From Candidatus Blautia faecipullorum (GTDB taxonomy: Bacteria; Bacillota; Clostridia; Lachnospirales; Lachnospiraceae), in assembly GCA_019115125.1 (NCBI GenBank), contig DXEG01000060.1, forward strand, positions 23,725 to 47,724: 24,000 nucleotides of DNA, read 5' to 3'. The stretch's first letter is position 1. Every line of letters starts with the position of its first letter. The notes below the pieces were generated by a model. That model did not search any database, was not told where the DNA came from, and worked only from the letters and a program-made list of their open reading frames with translations. The translations under genes and the position numbers were made by a program. Below are positions 8,325 to 14,564 of the stretch, piece after piece.

Positions 8325-8523
8325 TTAATAATTTCTTTCTGCCATTATAGAAATTTTCTTGTTGTTTTAAAAGAGTCAATGTATGCTTTACTTTCCTCAA
8401 TGGCAAATTTGTGATTACTGATAATTCTTCAGCAGATAGTAATTTGTCAGACGCTTTCAATGCATTCAAAACTTTTTCATCATCTTCTTTTATCCACGTT
8501 GCACATACTATTTTAAAATCCAT
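8317..8523 (-). CDS. small winged-helix (wHTH) DNA-binding protein (68 aa)
   Basis: AAAGGAGGAAGAGAGAT precedes ATG 8523. The pattern LLSAEELSVITNLPLRKVKHTLTLLKQQE is typical of a MarR/ArsR-like recognition helix plus wing. Same strand as gene B and upstream of it. Confidence 0.7.
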   Translation of the reverse strand: MDFKIVCATWIKEDDEKVLNALKASDKLLSAEELSVITNLPLRKVKHTLTLLKQQENFYNGRKKLLNE

Positions 8524-8607
8524 ATCTCTCTTCCTCCTTTAAGTTTCAATTTGTCATCCTGATTTTCTCTTTTGCAATTCGTGTAAATAAATCGGGGTAA
8601 TATCATT

Positions 8608-8912
8608 ACCTCATGAACCAAACGGCAGCCCGTCTTCCTAAATACCTGGTTGTCATGGCGATGAAAGGCGTTGGGTCTTCTCTGGGTCCTCAGCTGATGG
8701 CCGAATCGGGGATGTGGCCCGTATCACTCACCGAAACGCCATTACTGCATTTGCCGACGTTGACCCCTGTGTAAATGAATCCGGAGACTACGCCCAGAAA
8801 AGTGTCCATGCGTCAAAGCAGGGCTCTCCTGCACTGCGTAAGACATTGTTCCAGGTCATGGATGTCCTGATCAAGACAAAGCCTCAGAATGATCCAACAT
8901 ACTTGTTTGATA
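8608..8912 (+). pseudogene. IS110-family transposase remnant (C-terminal ~100 codons, 5'- and 3'-truncated, frameshifted)
   Basis: It reads ...AARLPKYLVVMAMKGVGSSLGPQLMAE, then after a 1-nt loss near 8705 continues (I)GDVARITHRNAITAFADVDPCVNESGDYAQKSVHASKQGSPALRKTLFQVMDVLIKTKPQNDPTYLF. This matches the conserved C-terminal block of IS110/IS1111-type transposases (GVG...AEIGD...F...aGl.P...SG....isk.G...lR..l). The N-terminal catalytic part is absent. Homology stops where the 186-aa minus-strand gene ends. Confidence 0.8.
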
Positions 8913-8917
8913 ATAAC

Positions 8918-9478
8918 CTATCGGATCACGCTATATGTCCTGTCAAATTCGTCTCTTTCAACGAAATTCCAATCACACTCGGTCACATTGCCTACATCAT
9001 CATAAGAAATACCGTAGAAAATGAGCATTGCATCCTCTGTGGCTGCCTCCATGGTTCCCCAAAGCTGCGCTGTATATCTCCGGTCTGAAGAAGCCTTATC
9101 AATGACCAGCCCCTTCTTTTCTACCAAAAACGTCACCTCAGGACACATCTCAAGCTTCGCATCCCAGGCTGGCAGAGGCTTCGGAATCTGCTCGAAGGTA
9201 TCTCCTTCGATATGTCTGTGATTCGCCTCAAAGTATTCCTTATCATTGGGATATGGACTGTCGGTACTATCCAGCTTGATCCAGTCACCAGCCATCGCTT
9301 TCTCTCCGCCGACAGCTCCGTTGACTGCCTCCCGCGAATGGATTTCATATCTGCCATCACCAAGATCGCAGATCTTGCCATTCAGCATCAGTTCTTTTAT
9401 AACAGCATTATCGCTTCCCAGCTGATAAGCCTTAACCAATTTTCCTTTATTCTTAATCACTTCATACATGATTTTCAC
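8918..9478 (-). CDS. hypothetical protein (186 aa)
   Basis: ORF-track frame with GAGGTG 6 nt before ATG 9478. Ordinary globular composition. No motif I recognise. Confidence 0.7.
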   Translation of the reverse strand: MKIMYEVIKNKGKLVKAYQLGSDNAVIKELMLNGKICDLGDGRYEIHSREAVNGAVGGEKAMAGDWIKLDSTDSPYPNDKEYFEANHRHIEGDTFEQIPKPLPAWDAKLEMCPEVTFLVEKKGLVIDKASSDRRYTAQLWGTMEAATEDAMLIFYGISYDDVGNVTECDWNFVERDEFDRTYSVIR

Positions 9479-9542
9479 CTCATAATGTCACATCAATCCT
9501 TGCTTTCTGTTTGCTTCAGGGGCTATGATTAAAAATTAACGG

Positions 9543-9562
9543 AGAAGCTGTCAACAGCTTTT
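9543..9562. terminator. short hairpin with flanking T/A runs, possible terminator between rsr and the 186-aa gene
   Basis: AAGCTG-tcaa-CAGCTT (9545-9560) is extendable by A-T/G-U pairs. TTTATATT follows on the plus strand and AAAAA precedes on the minus strand. About 135 nt downstream of the rsr stop. Confidence 0.3.
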
Positions 9563-9695
9563 TATATTATATCATAGAATCTTCCTATGAGCCATTGCAA
9601 AACGCTATCCACCTCTCCGTTTTCTAAAGTTGTATAGCTACCTTCGTCCCAGGATCTGCTGATCACCACCTCCTTCCCGGGAACAAAGCTCGATG

Positions 9696-11231
9696 TTACG
9701 CCGTTTTCTCGGATTTGTTGTAGTTTTCCACATCCTTTACCATACTTCCCATCCCTGCTTCTGCAAGGTTAATGAACGAAAGTACACGGTCGCTCCAGCC
9801 TGCAATGAGGTTAAAGCGTGCGCCGCAGAACTGCTGTGTACCATAGCCCTGAAGATCTACACCATGCACCCAGAAGTCTTTGTTGTACTTGCTGCGGTAT
9901 TTGTTCGCAAGCCCCTGTATGGTGGTTTCAAGACCACAGTTGCACTCGTTATCCGAGAAATAGATAACTCGGTCGAACGGCTTAAAGCGTTTGCCCTTAT
10001 CGACCTCCAATGCATATTCCATCGGAAGTGAAAGGTCTGTGCCACCGCCTGCAAATGAGTTCTGTAATGCAATTTCAAGAACAGAATCATACTTGCCATA
10101 GTTTGCGATACGATATCCTCTCTCTTCACTGTTTTTATACACATCCTCCGGGAATTGCATTCCGCGCCGTCTGTAGTATTCACGATAGAGAGTCTTCGAT
10201 GCTTCAAAGTAGCATACCGTTGCATCTTCGCAAAGCTTGTTTGTCATCGCCCCGAGTAAAGAAGCGATATCAGAGCAGCGGATATCGCTCTTTGCAGAAA
10301 TCCGACAGCTCATTGAACCGGATACATCAATGGCGATAAGTGTTCTGCCCTTGATTTTCTCCATATTATCAACCGAAGCCGTAACTGCGCTCTCGAGAGC
10401 ACGGTGAATCTCATCAGTCATGAGTCCTTCCTTCTCAAGCATGCGATAAGCGCTGAAGAAACGGAACGGAAGCTGCTTCGACTTCTTCACCTGAACCGAA
10501 TCAGAAAGTACCGCAAGCACCGGAGTGATATCCGCACCGGACATAATAATGTTGCGAAGGTTACGAAGCAATGCCATGTAGCCAACTTTGCCGGATGCAA
10601 TAAGCTCATCCCAGACTTCCCTTGTATTGCCACGAGAGGAAAGTTCCGTTTCCCAGGTGTACGGAGTCTCAAGGGTATCGTTTAAGATCTTCCCAAAGAG
10701 TTCCTCAATCTCTTTGGACTTCGGATTCGGATGTGTAATGCGGAGAATATCACGGAACTTCACATCTTTGCAGCCGCCATTGTATTTTGCAATCTGGTAC
10801 TCATCGAAGTTCTGGATCACCTCAGCCATCCCACGCTTTAATGCGTTCGGAAACGGCTTGCCATACATGGTCTTGTAGCAGGCCATGATTTCTGTAACAT
10901 CATCCGGACGTTTGACCACACTACAAATGGTCTGGCGGGTAAATGCAGATGCCTCGCGGGCGATCGCAGCGGTAAGCACATGGCTTACAGAACGCATGTT
11001 GAAAACCTCACGAGCAAAGCAGGCAAGGTTGCTAACAAACTCCGGGTGCTTCTTGCAGAGTTCTGTTGCAAGCTGGACGATTTCGTTATCCGTGGATCCA
11101 TAGTATTTTTCCTCGCTAAACATGGTGGTCACTACTGCTGTCATAAGTTGTTCCTTATTGCTCATTCGGTATGCTGCATGACCGGAACGGTTTTCGGTTT
11201 TGATTGTGTTGGTTGTGTTGAACTTAGCCAT
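9696..11231 (-). CDS. rsr: Ro60-related protein Rsr (TROVE domain + C-terminal vWA domain)
   Basis: 511 aa with GGAGGTG 6 nt before the ATG. The N-terminal and central TROVE-like sequence (NRSGHAAYRM...EKYYG...; GYMALLRNLRNI; KQLPFRFFSAY) is followed by a vWA MIDAS motif (LIAIDVSGSMS). Two Y-RNA-like genes lie immediately upstream, which is the classic rsr context. Confidence 0.9.
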   Translation of the reverse strand: MAKFNTTNTIKTENRSGHAAYRMSNKEQLMTAVVTTMFSEEKYYGSTDNEIVQLATELCKKHPEFVSNLACFAREVFNMRSVSHVLTAAIAREASAFTRQTICSVVKRPDDVTEIMACYKTMYGKPFPNALKRGMAEVIQNFDEYQIAKYNGGCKDVKFRDILRITHPNPKSKEIEELFGKILNDTLETPYTWETELSSRGNTREVWDELIASGKVGYMALLRNLRNIIMSGADITPVLAVLSDSVQVKKSKQLPFRFFSAYRMLEKEGLMTDEIHRALESAVTASVDNMEKIKGRTLIAIDVSGSMSCRISAKSDIRCSDIASLLGAMTNKLCEDATVCYFEASKTLYREYYRRRGMQFPEDVYKNSEERGYRIANYGKYDSVLEIALQNSFAGGGTDLSLPMEYALEVDKGKRFKPFDRVIYFSDNECNCGLETTIQGLANKYRSKYNKDFWVHGVDLQGYGTQQFCGARFNLIAGWSDRVLSFINLAEAGMGSMVKDVENYNKSEKTA

Positions 11232-11295
11232 TTGGGCACCTCCATCTTTCTTAAGTGTATGGGGAAATATGTGACTGTTTATATAAATAACATGC

Positions 11296-11422
11296 AGAGA
11301 ATAGGCGATAACAGTAAATATAACGCTTTCCCATTAAGCTACAGAACAGCTATGCTGTCCCAGTGGGATTCGAACCCACATCCCTCGATAACCAGACTCG
11401 AAGTAACTGCCATCTGCACTGC
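11296..11422 (-). ncRNA. yrlA: Y RNA, YrlA-type with tRNA-like module (copy 1, rsr-proximal)
   Basis: On the minus strand the ends form a long stem (GAUGGCAGU with ACUGUUAUC, including two G-U pairs). Enclosed are a variable-arm-like hairpin (CUUCGA...UCGAGG) and a T arm GUGGG-UUCGAAU-CCCAC (11363..11379). Next come an acceptor-like stem closed by a loop (UGGGACAG-CAUAG-CUGUUCUG), then UA and a D arm (GCUU-AAUGGGA-AAGC). This permuted tRNA mimic matches the published YrlA architecture. RNA ends are not determined. Confidence 0.8.
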
Positions 11423-11440
11423 TGCATGATATTTATCCTT

Positions 11441-11482
11441 CAAATGAAACTGCCGAACCGGTCGCTTCACTCAGCCCGGCAG
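11441..11482 (-). terminator. hairpin plus U-rich tract between the two Y RNA genes
   Basis: Minus strand reads CUGCCGGGC...GACCGGUUCGGCAG (stem with G-U pairs, plus coordinates 11450..11482) followed by UUUCAUUUG. It sits about 20 nt downstream of the distal Y RNA. Confidence 0.4.
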
Positions 11483-11500
11483 CTTCTGTAACCACATATA

Positions 11501-11627
11501 AGAGAATCGGCGATAACAGTAAACAAAGCGCTTGACCGTTAAGCTACGGAACAGCTCAGCCGTCCCGGTGGGATTCGAACCCACATCCCTCGATAACCAG
11601 ACTCGAAGTAACTGTTATCTGCACTGC
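11501..11627 (-). ncRNA. yrlA: Y RNA, YrlA-type with tRNA-like module (copy 2, distal)
   Basis: Same 127-nt architecture, offset 205 nt from copy 1. Terminal stem is GAUAACAGU/ACUGUUAUC (9 perfect bp). T arm is GUGGG-UUCGAAU-CCCAC. The closed acceptor-like stem is CGGGACGG-CUGAG-CUGUUCCG and the D arm is GCUU-AACGGUC-AAGC. Differences from copy 1 fall in loops or keep pairing (A-U to G-U, C-G to U-G). Confidence 0.8.
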
Positions 11628-11699
11628 CTATATGTAATTACCAATGTATCTGATGTGTCTGTGCTTTCGTCTTAATCTTCCAAGACTCATCAGGGGCGT

Positions 11700-11786
11700 T
11701 CATTGCCCGAGCACAATGTGCTTCGGTAAAGGTTCCACCGGATTGTACGCTATCCGGCTTCTTTGAATAAATCCTGACCAATACAT
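11700..11786 (-). CDS. possible 28-aa upstream ORF or leader peptide
   Basis: AAAGGAGGAGGT lies 4 nt before ATG 11786. It translates MYWSGFIQRSRIAYNPVEPLPKHIVLGQ. The region also contains hairpins (CCGGAT-N8-ATCCGG), so it may be a structured leader rather than coding. Confidence 0.25.
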   Translation of the reverse strand: MYWSGFIQRSRIAYNPVEPLPKHIVLGQ

Positions 11787-11830
11787 CCGACCTCCTCCTT
11801 TCGATGATTCAATATTAAACCCTTATTTTT

Positions 11831-11866
11831 GTTTCAGCATCTGTGGCATCCCACAGAAACTGAAAC
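11831..11866 (-). other. nested inverted repeat / RNA hairpin downstream of the AAA+ gene
   Basis: GTTTCAG-cat-CTGTGG-catc-CCACAG-aaa-CTGAAAC, with 7-bp outer and 6-bp inner arms. No U-tract follows on the minus strand, so it is not a canonical terminator. Confidence 0.5.
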
Positions 11867-11870
11867 TGTC

Positions 11871-11888
11871 TTTGAAACTTTTGAAACA
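11871..11888 (-). promoter_or_regulatory. two adjacent copies of the TTTGAAAC(T/A) motif
   Basis: TTTGAAACT at 11871-11879 and TTTGAAACA at 11880-11888. They sit 27-44 nt after the AAA+ stop and about 85-100 nt upstream of the 11786 uORF. Confidence 0.35.
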
Positions 11889-11914
11889 CATTTCTGATCA
11901 AATCATGCCTACTG

Positions 11915-13291
11915 TCAGGCCCCGGCAGGAAGAGCTGTTTCCTCCTCTGGTACGATTGTTATGACAATATTTTCGATATCACCTGACAGTAAAACCTTGT
12001 GGCCTTTGTATCGACCAATATTGCGATCATACACAGTTGCTGCTGTGATTGCCTCTCTCACAGCGTCCCTGACGCCCCTGGCGCCATAGTTGCTGTGCTG
12101 TTCCTTCAGCTGCACCATTAGTTCCTCGTCCATATGCTCAAGTTCCATCTCGTAATTCTGCAGCTCTTCCACTACAAATTTGCTGACGATGTCTGTAAGC
12201 GCATCTGCGGGAAGTTCACGGAAAGCCAGACAGTTCGTAATCTTGCCGGCGATTTCCGGATGACCGCAGGCCTTAGCGAGAGTGTTTCTACAAATCTCCT
12301 TCTTTCGGAATGCTGACGCCTCTTCATAAACCTTCATATCTACCGGAATGTTGCTGGTAATGACAAAAATCACATGGCTCAGATCAATATCCGGTGAATT
12401 GTCCGCAAGGTGAACCACACCGCTGGAAAAGCATTCCATAAGCCCGGTATAGATACGATCCGTTGCCTTCTCAATCTCGTCCAGCAGGAAAACCTGGTAT
12501 GGATTGGATCGGACAGGCTCAAACACTGTAGGATCCTTATAGCCTATATAGGAAGGCGGAGATCCGAAGAATCTGTTGACCGAATGCTCACCAATGAACT
12601 CGTTGAGGGCAATCTGATGAAACCCATAAGCCTGTCCGGTCAGCTTCTCCAGTGCTCCCGGAAGAGCTTTTCCAACCTCTGTTTTGCCAACACCGGTCGG
12701 GCCAAAGAGAACAATAACCTCAACTTCTGGCTTTTTTCTGCGGAGATTTGCTGAAATCAGTTCACTGATCTTTTTGATAGCTTCGTCCTGTCCGTAAATA
12801 CCACGCTTCAGTTCCGCCGCCAGTTCATCCGGCCAGACCGTTTTTGTCTGCTTCTTCTGTTCAAGTTCACGGACTTTATCCTTATCCACAATGTATTTTG
12901 AGCTGCCTGCAGCTGTCTCGTTCTCACTTGTCTGCGACAAAGTTACTGCAGATTTCATCGGATTTTTCTCAGCTTCCTGCGATTTTTCCAGCACTGTATA
13001 ACTCCACACCTGATCGGTATTGCAGATTGTTACAGTTCCACCATCCTCCTCTGGCTTGAATTCGATGACCATATCCACAGCCGGAATGTCCTGCGGCAGG
13101 CTCACACGTCCCGCCTCCATACAGGTTTTATCAGCAAAGTTAACGTGGTAAATCTCCATCTCTTTTTTCCCGCTGATTCCCTGAAGCATTTTCCTCAGAC
13201 CACTTTTACCACTCATCAAAATGACAGATGTCAAATGACCACGGTCTTCATCGAAACCAATTACGATACAGTCTTTATCTGAATATCTCAT
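11915..13291 (-). CDS. Clp/Hsp100-type AAA+ ATPase (single ClpB/ClpA D2-like module) with a novel ~180-aa N-terminal domain
   Basis: IYGQDEAIKKI..., Walker A (LFGPTGVGKTEVGKAL), FFGSPPSYIGYKD, Walker B (FLLDEIEKA) and sensor (VITSNIP) follow the AAA_2 (ClpB D2) pattern. Start set at ATG 13291 (GGAAAGGGGGA 7 nt upstream) rather than ATG 13333, which has no SD. Confidence 0.85.
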   Translation of the reverse strand: MRYSDKDCIVIGFDEDRGHLTSVILMSGKSGLRKMLQGISGKKEMEIYHVNFADKTCMEAGRVSLPQDIPAVDMVIEFKPEEDGGTVTICNTDQVWSYTVLEKSQEAEKNPMKSAVTLSQTSENETAAGSSKYIVDKDKVRELEQKKQTKTVWPDELAAELKRGIYGQDEAIKKISELISANLRRKKPEVEVIVLFGPTGVGKTEVGKALPGALEKLTGQAYGFHQIALNEFIGEHSVNRFFGSPPSYIGYKDPTVFEPVRSNPYQVFLLDEIEKATDRIYTGLMECFSSGVVHLADNSPDIDLSHVIFVITSNIPVDMKVYEEASAFRKKEICRNTLAKACGHPEIAGKITNCLAFRELPADALTDIVSKFVVEELQNYEMELEHMDEELMVQLKEQHSNYGARGVRDAVREAITAATVYDRNIGRYKGHKVLLSGDIENIVITIVPEEETALPAGA

Positions 13292-13333
13292 GTGAGATTC
13301 CCCCTTTCCTTTTGATAAGTCCATTTCCTGCAT

Positions 13334-14050
13334 CTATCGATATTTGCATAACAGGTTAACGTTTACCTTCTCATATGCATTGAATTCATTAGCGATTTCT
13401 TCATCGGACTTACCGGCTACCGGCTCATACCAGTCCTGTGCACTGAAATAGTCAATATTCTCCTGTATTTTGAACTCTCTCCCATGGCGTGCATACATCT
13501 CATTGATGATCATTTGAATCTCATCGCTGCTATAACCTTCAATATCTGATACCTCCAGGTATCGATCCGCACTATCCGGCATCAGATAGGCTGGCATTGC
13601 TGCATTCTCTTCAGATGTTGCTTCATTATCAGAATCAATGTCCTGAACCTCCTCCGCTGTGAAGGTGTCATCTTCCATCGTATCGGACAGAACCTGCTCA
13701 TTCATGTAGTTGGTGATGGCCTGCTCTTCCGAAGATACATGAGAACGGTTATAGAAAAACGCTCCAATAAACAAGGAAATTACAGCACAGACAATAACTG
13801 ACTTCCACGGAATTCCTGTATGGACAGTTGTTCCAGCCGTGCCAATGGTATGAATCATATTGCCTGCATTACCTGTTGTCCTGTCGTTTCCGGCTGCTGT
13901 CTGCGGACGATATGTCCTGGTTGTTCTTACAATTCTCTGATTCCTCTGGGCCCTGTGATCAGCTTCCGCCTGAGACACATTATCCAATGTGGTTCTTCCG
14001 GTTCTGTCATCTTTATAGTATCGTTTTCCATTGATCAGTACATAACTCAT
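13334..14050 (-). CDS. single-pass membrane protein with C-terminal YARHG domain
   Basis: Start set at ATG 14050 (GTAAGGAGG 8 nt upstream, MSYVLINGKRYY...). One TM helix (WKSVIVCAVISLFIGAFFY), an acidic linker, then the literal YARHG motif (INEMYARHGREFKIQENIDYFSAQDWY). Confidence 0.8.
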   Translation of the reverse strand: MSYVLINGKRYYKDDRTGRTTLDNVSQAEADHRAQRNQRIVRTTRTYRPQTAAGNDRTTGNAGNMIHTIGTAGTTVHTGIPWKSVIVCAVISLFIGAFFYNRSHVSSEEQAITNYMNEQVLSDTMEDDTFTAEEVQDIDSDNEATSEENAAMPAYLMPDSADRYLEVSDIEGYSSDEIQMIINEMYARHGREFKIQENIDYFSAQDWYEPVAGKSDEEIANEFNAYEKVNVNLLCKYR

Positions 14051-14079
14051 TAGAAACGCCTCCTTACAAAACCGTCCGT

Positions 14080-14466
14080 TCACTTACTGGACTCATAATG
14101 CATCCTGATACGAGCAAATACATCTTCAGCAGTAAGATGCCCCAGTACAGTATCATGAACTCTGTCCATCTCTTCCCGTGTCATCAGTCCGCTGATTTCA
14201 AGAAGTCCCTCAGAAGATCCGTGCCCGTTTGCAATAACACTGCATACAGCGCCTTTGCCCGGTCCCTGCCAGACATTACTGTTACTGTCTTTCGGCTTCG
14301 GACGCCCTTCCGATCCGTAGTAGCAAATCTGCATTCCAAAGTTTTCAAATGGAATACCTGCTTCTGTCAGCAAATCATCCAGTTTCTCCAATTCATCGGA
14401 AGCATTGCCTTCAGCAAAGCCACCGGAAAGTGCCATCATCAGTTTAAGTAAATCCATTGTGCTCAT
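14080..14466 (-). CDS. hypothetical protein (128 aa)
   Basis: ORF-track frame with CAGGAGGAATACAAA before ATG 14466. First gene after the 97-nt spacer that follows E1. No motif recognised. Confidence 0.7.
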   Translation of the reverse strand: MSTMDLLKLMMALSGGFAEGNASDELEKLDDLLTEAGIPFENFGMQICYYGSEGRPKPKDSNSNVWQGPGKGAVCSVIANGHGSSEGLLEISGLMTREEMDRVHDTVLGHLTAEDVFARIRMHYESSK

Positions 14467-14555
14467 TTTGTATTCCTCCTGCCTTTTGATGATTTAAGGA
14501 TAAACTCTTCTGATCATTTCATCATCCGGCGGCTTTTGTTTCTGCTGAAACTACA

Positions 14556-14564
14556 TTTGAAACT
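14556..14564 (-). promoter_or_regulatory. TTTGAAACT motif abutting the E1 stop codon, with a second GTTTCAG half-site and GTTTC/GAAAC inverted repeat next to it
   Basis: TTTGAAACT at 14556-14564 and CTGAAACT at 14545-14552. On the minus strand these are AGTTTCA repeats 11 nt apart (start to start). GTTTC-tgct-GAAAC lies at 14538-14551. About 90 nt upstream of ATG 14466. Confidence 0.35.

Noticed and set aside
8714-9088. 124-aa plus-strand ORF as an intact gene
   Set aside because: Its first ~65 codons are the frameshifted IS110 remnant. The rest is read-through into the antisense of the 8918..9478 gene. It is a chimeric artefact.
9562-9677. Open minus-strand frame (...SWDEGSYTTLENGEVDSVLQWLIGRFYDII) behind a strong GGAAGGAGGTGGTG
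   Set aside because: The only in-frame starts are GTGs 0-3 nt after the SD, which is too close. There is no ATG. It may be the tail of a decayed gene and cannot be supported as a CDS.
10980-11429. 149-aa plus-strand ORF
   Set aside because: It runs antisense across the rsr 5' end and straight through Y RNA copy 1. It is explained by better-supported features on the other strand.
11340-11625. Two canonical tRNA genes, suggested by GGTTCGAATCC T-loops at about 11363-11379 and 11568-11584 on the minus strand
   Set aside because: The order of the arms is permuted: the T arm precedes a loop-closed acceptor stem, which precedes the D arm. There is no anticodon arm or free acceptor end. The whole module is embedded in a long 5'/3' stem. 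This is the Y RNA (YrlA) tRNA mimic, not a tRNA or tRNA pseudogene.
11296-11627. CRISPR-like or other repeat array
   Set aside because: There are only two units of 127 nt, offset by 205 nt, and each has internal tRNA-like structure. There is no short repeat/spacer periodicity and there are no cas genes.
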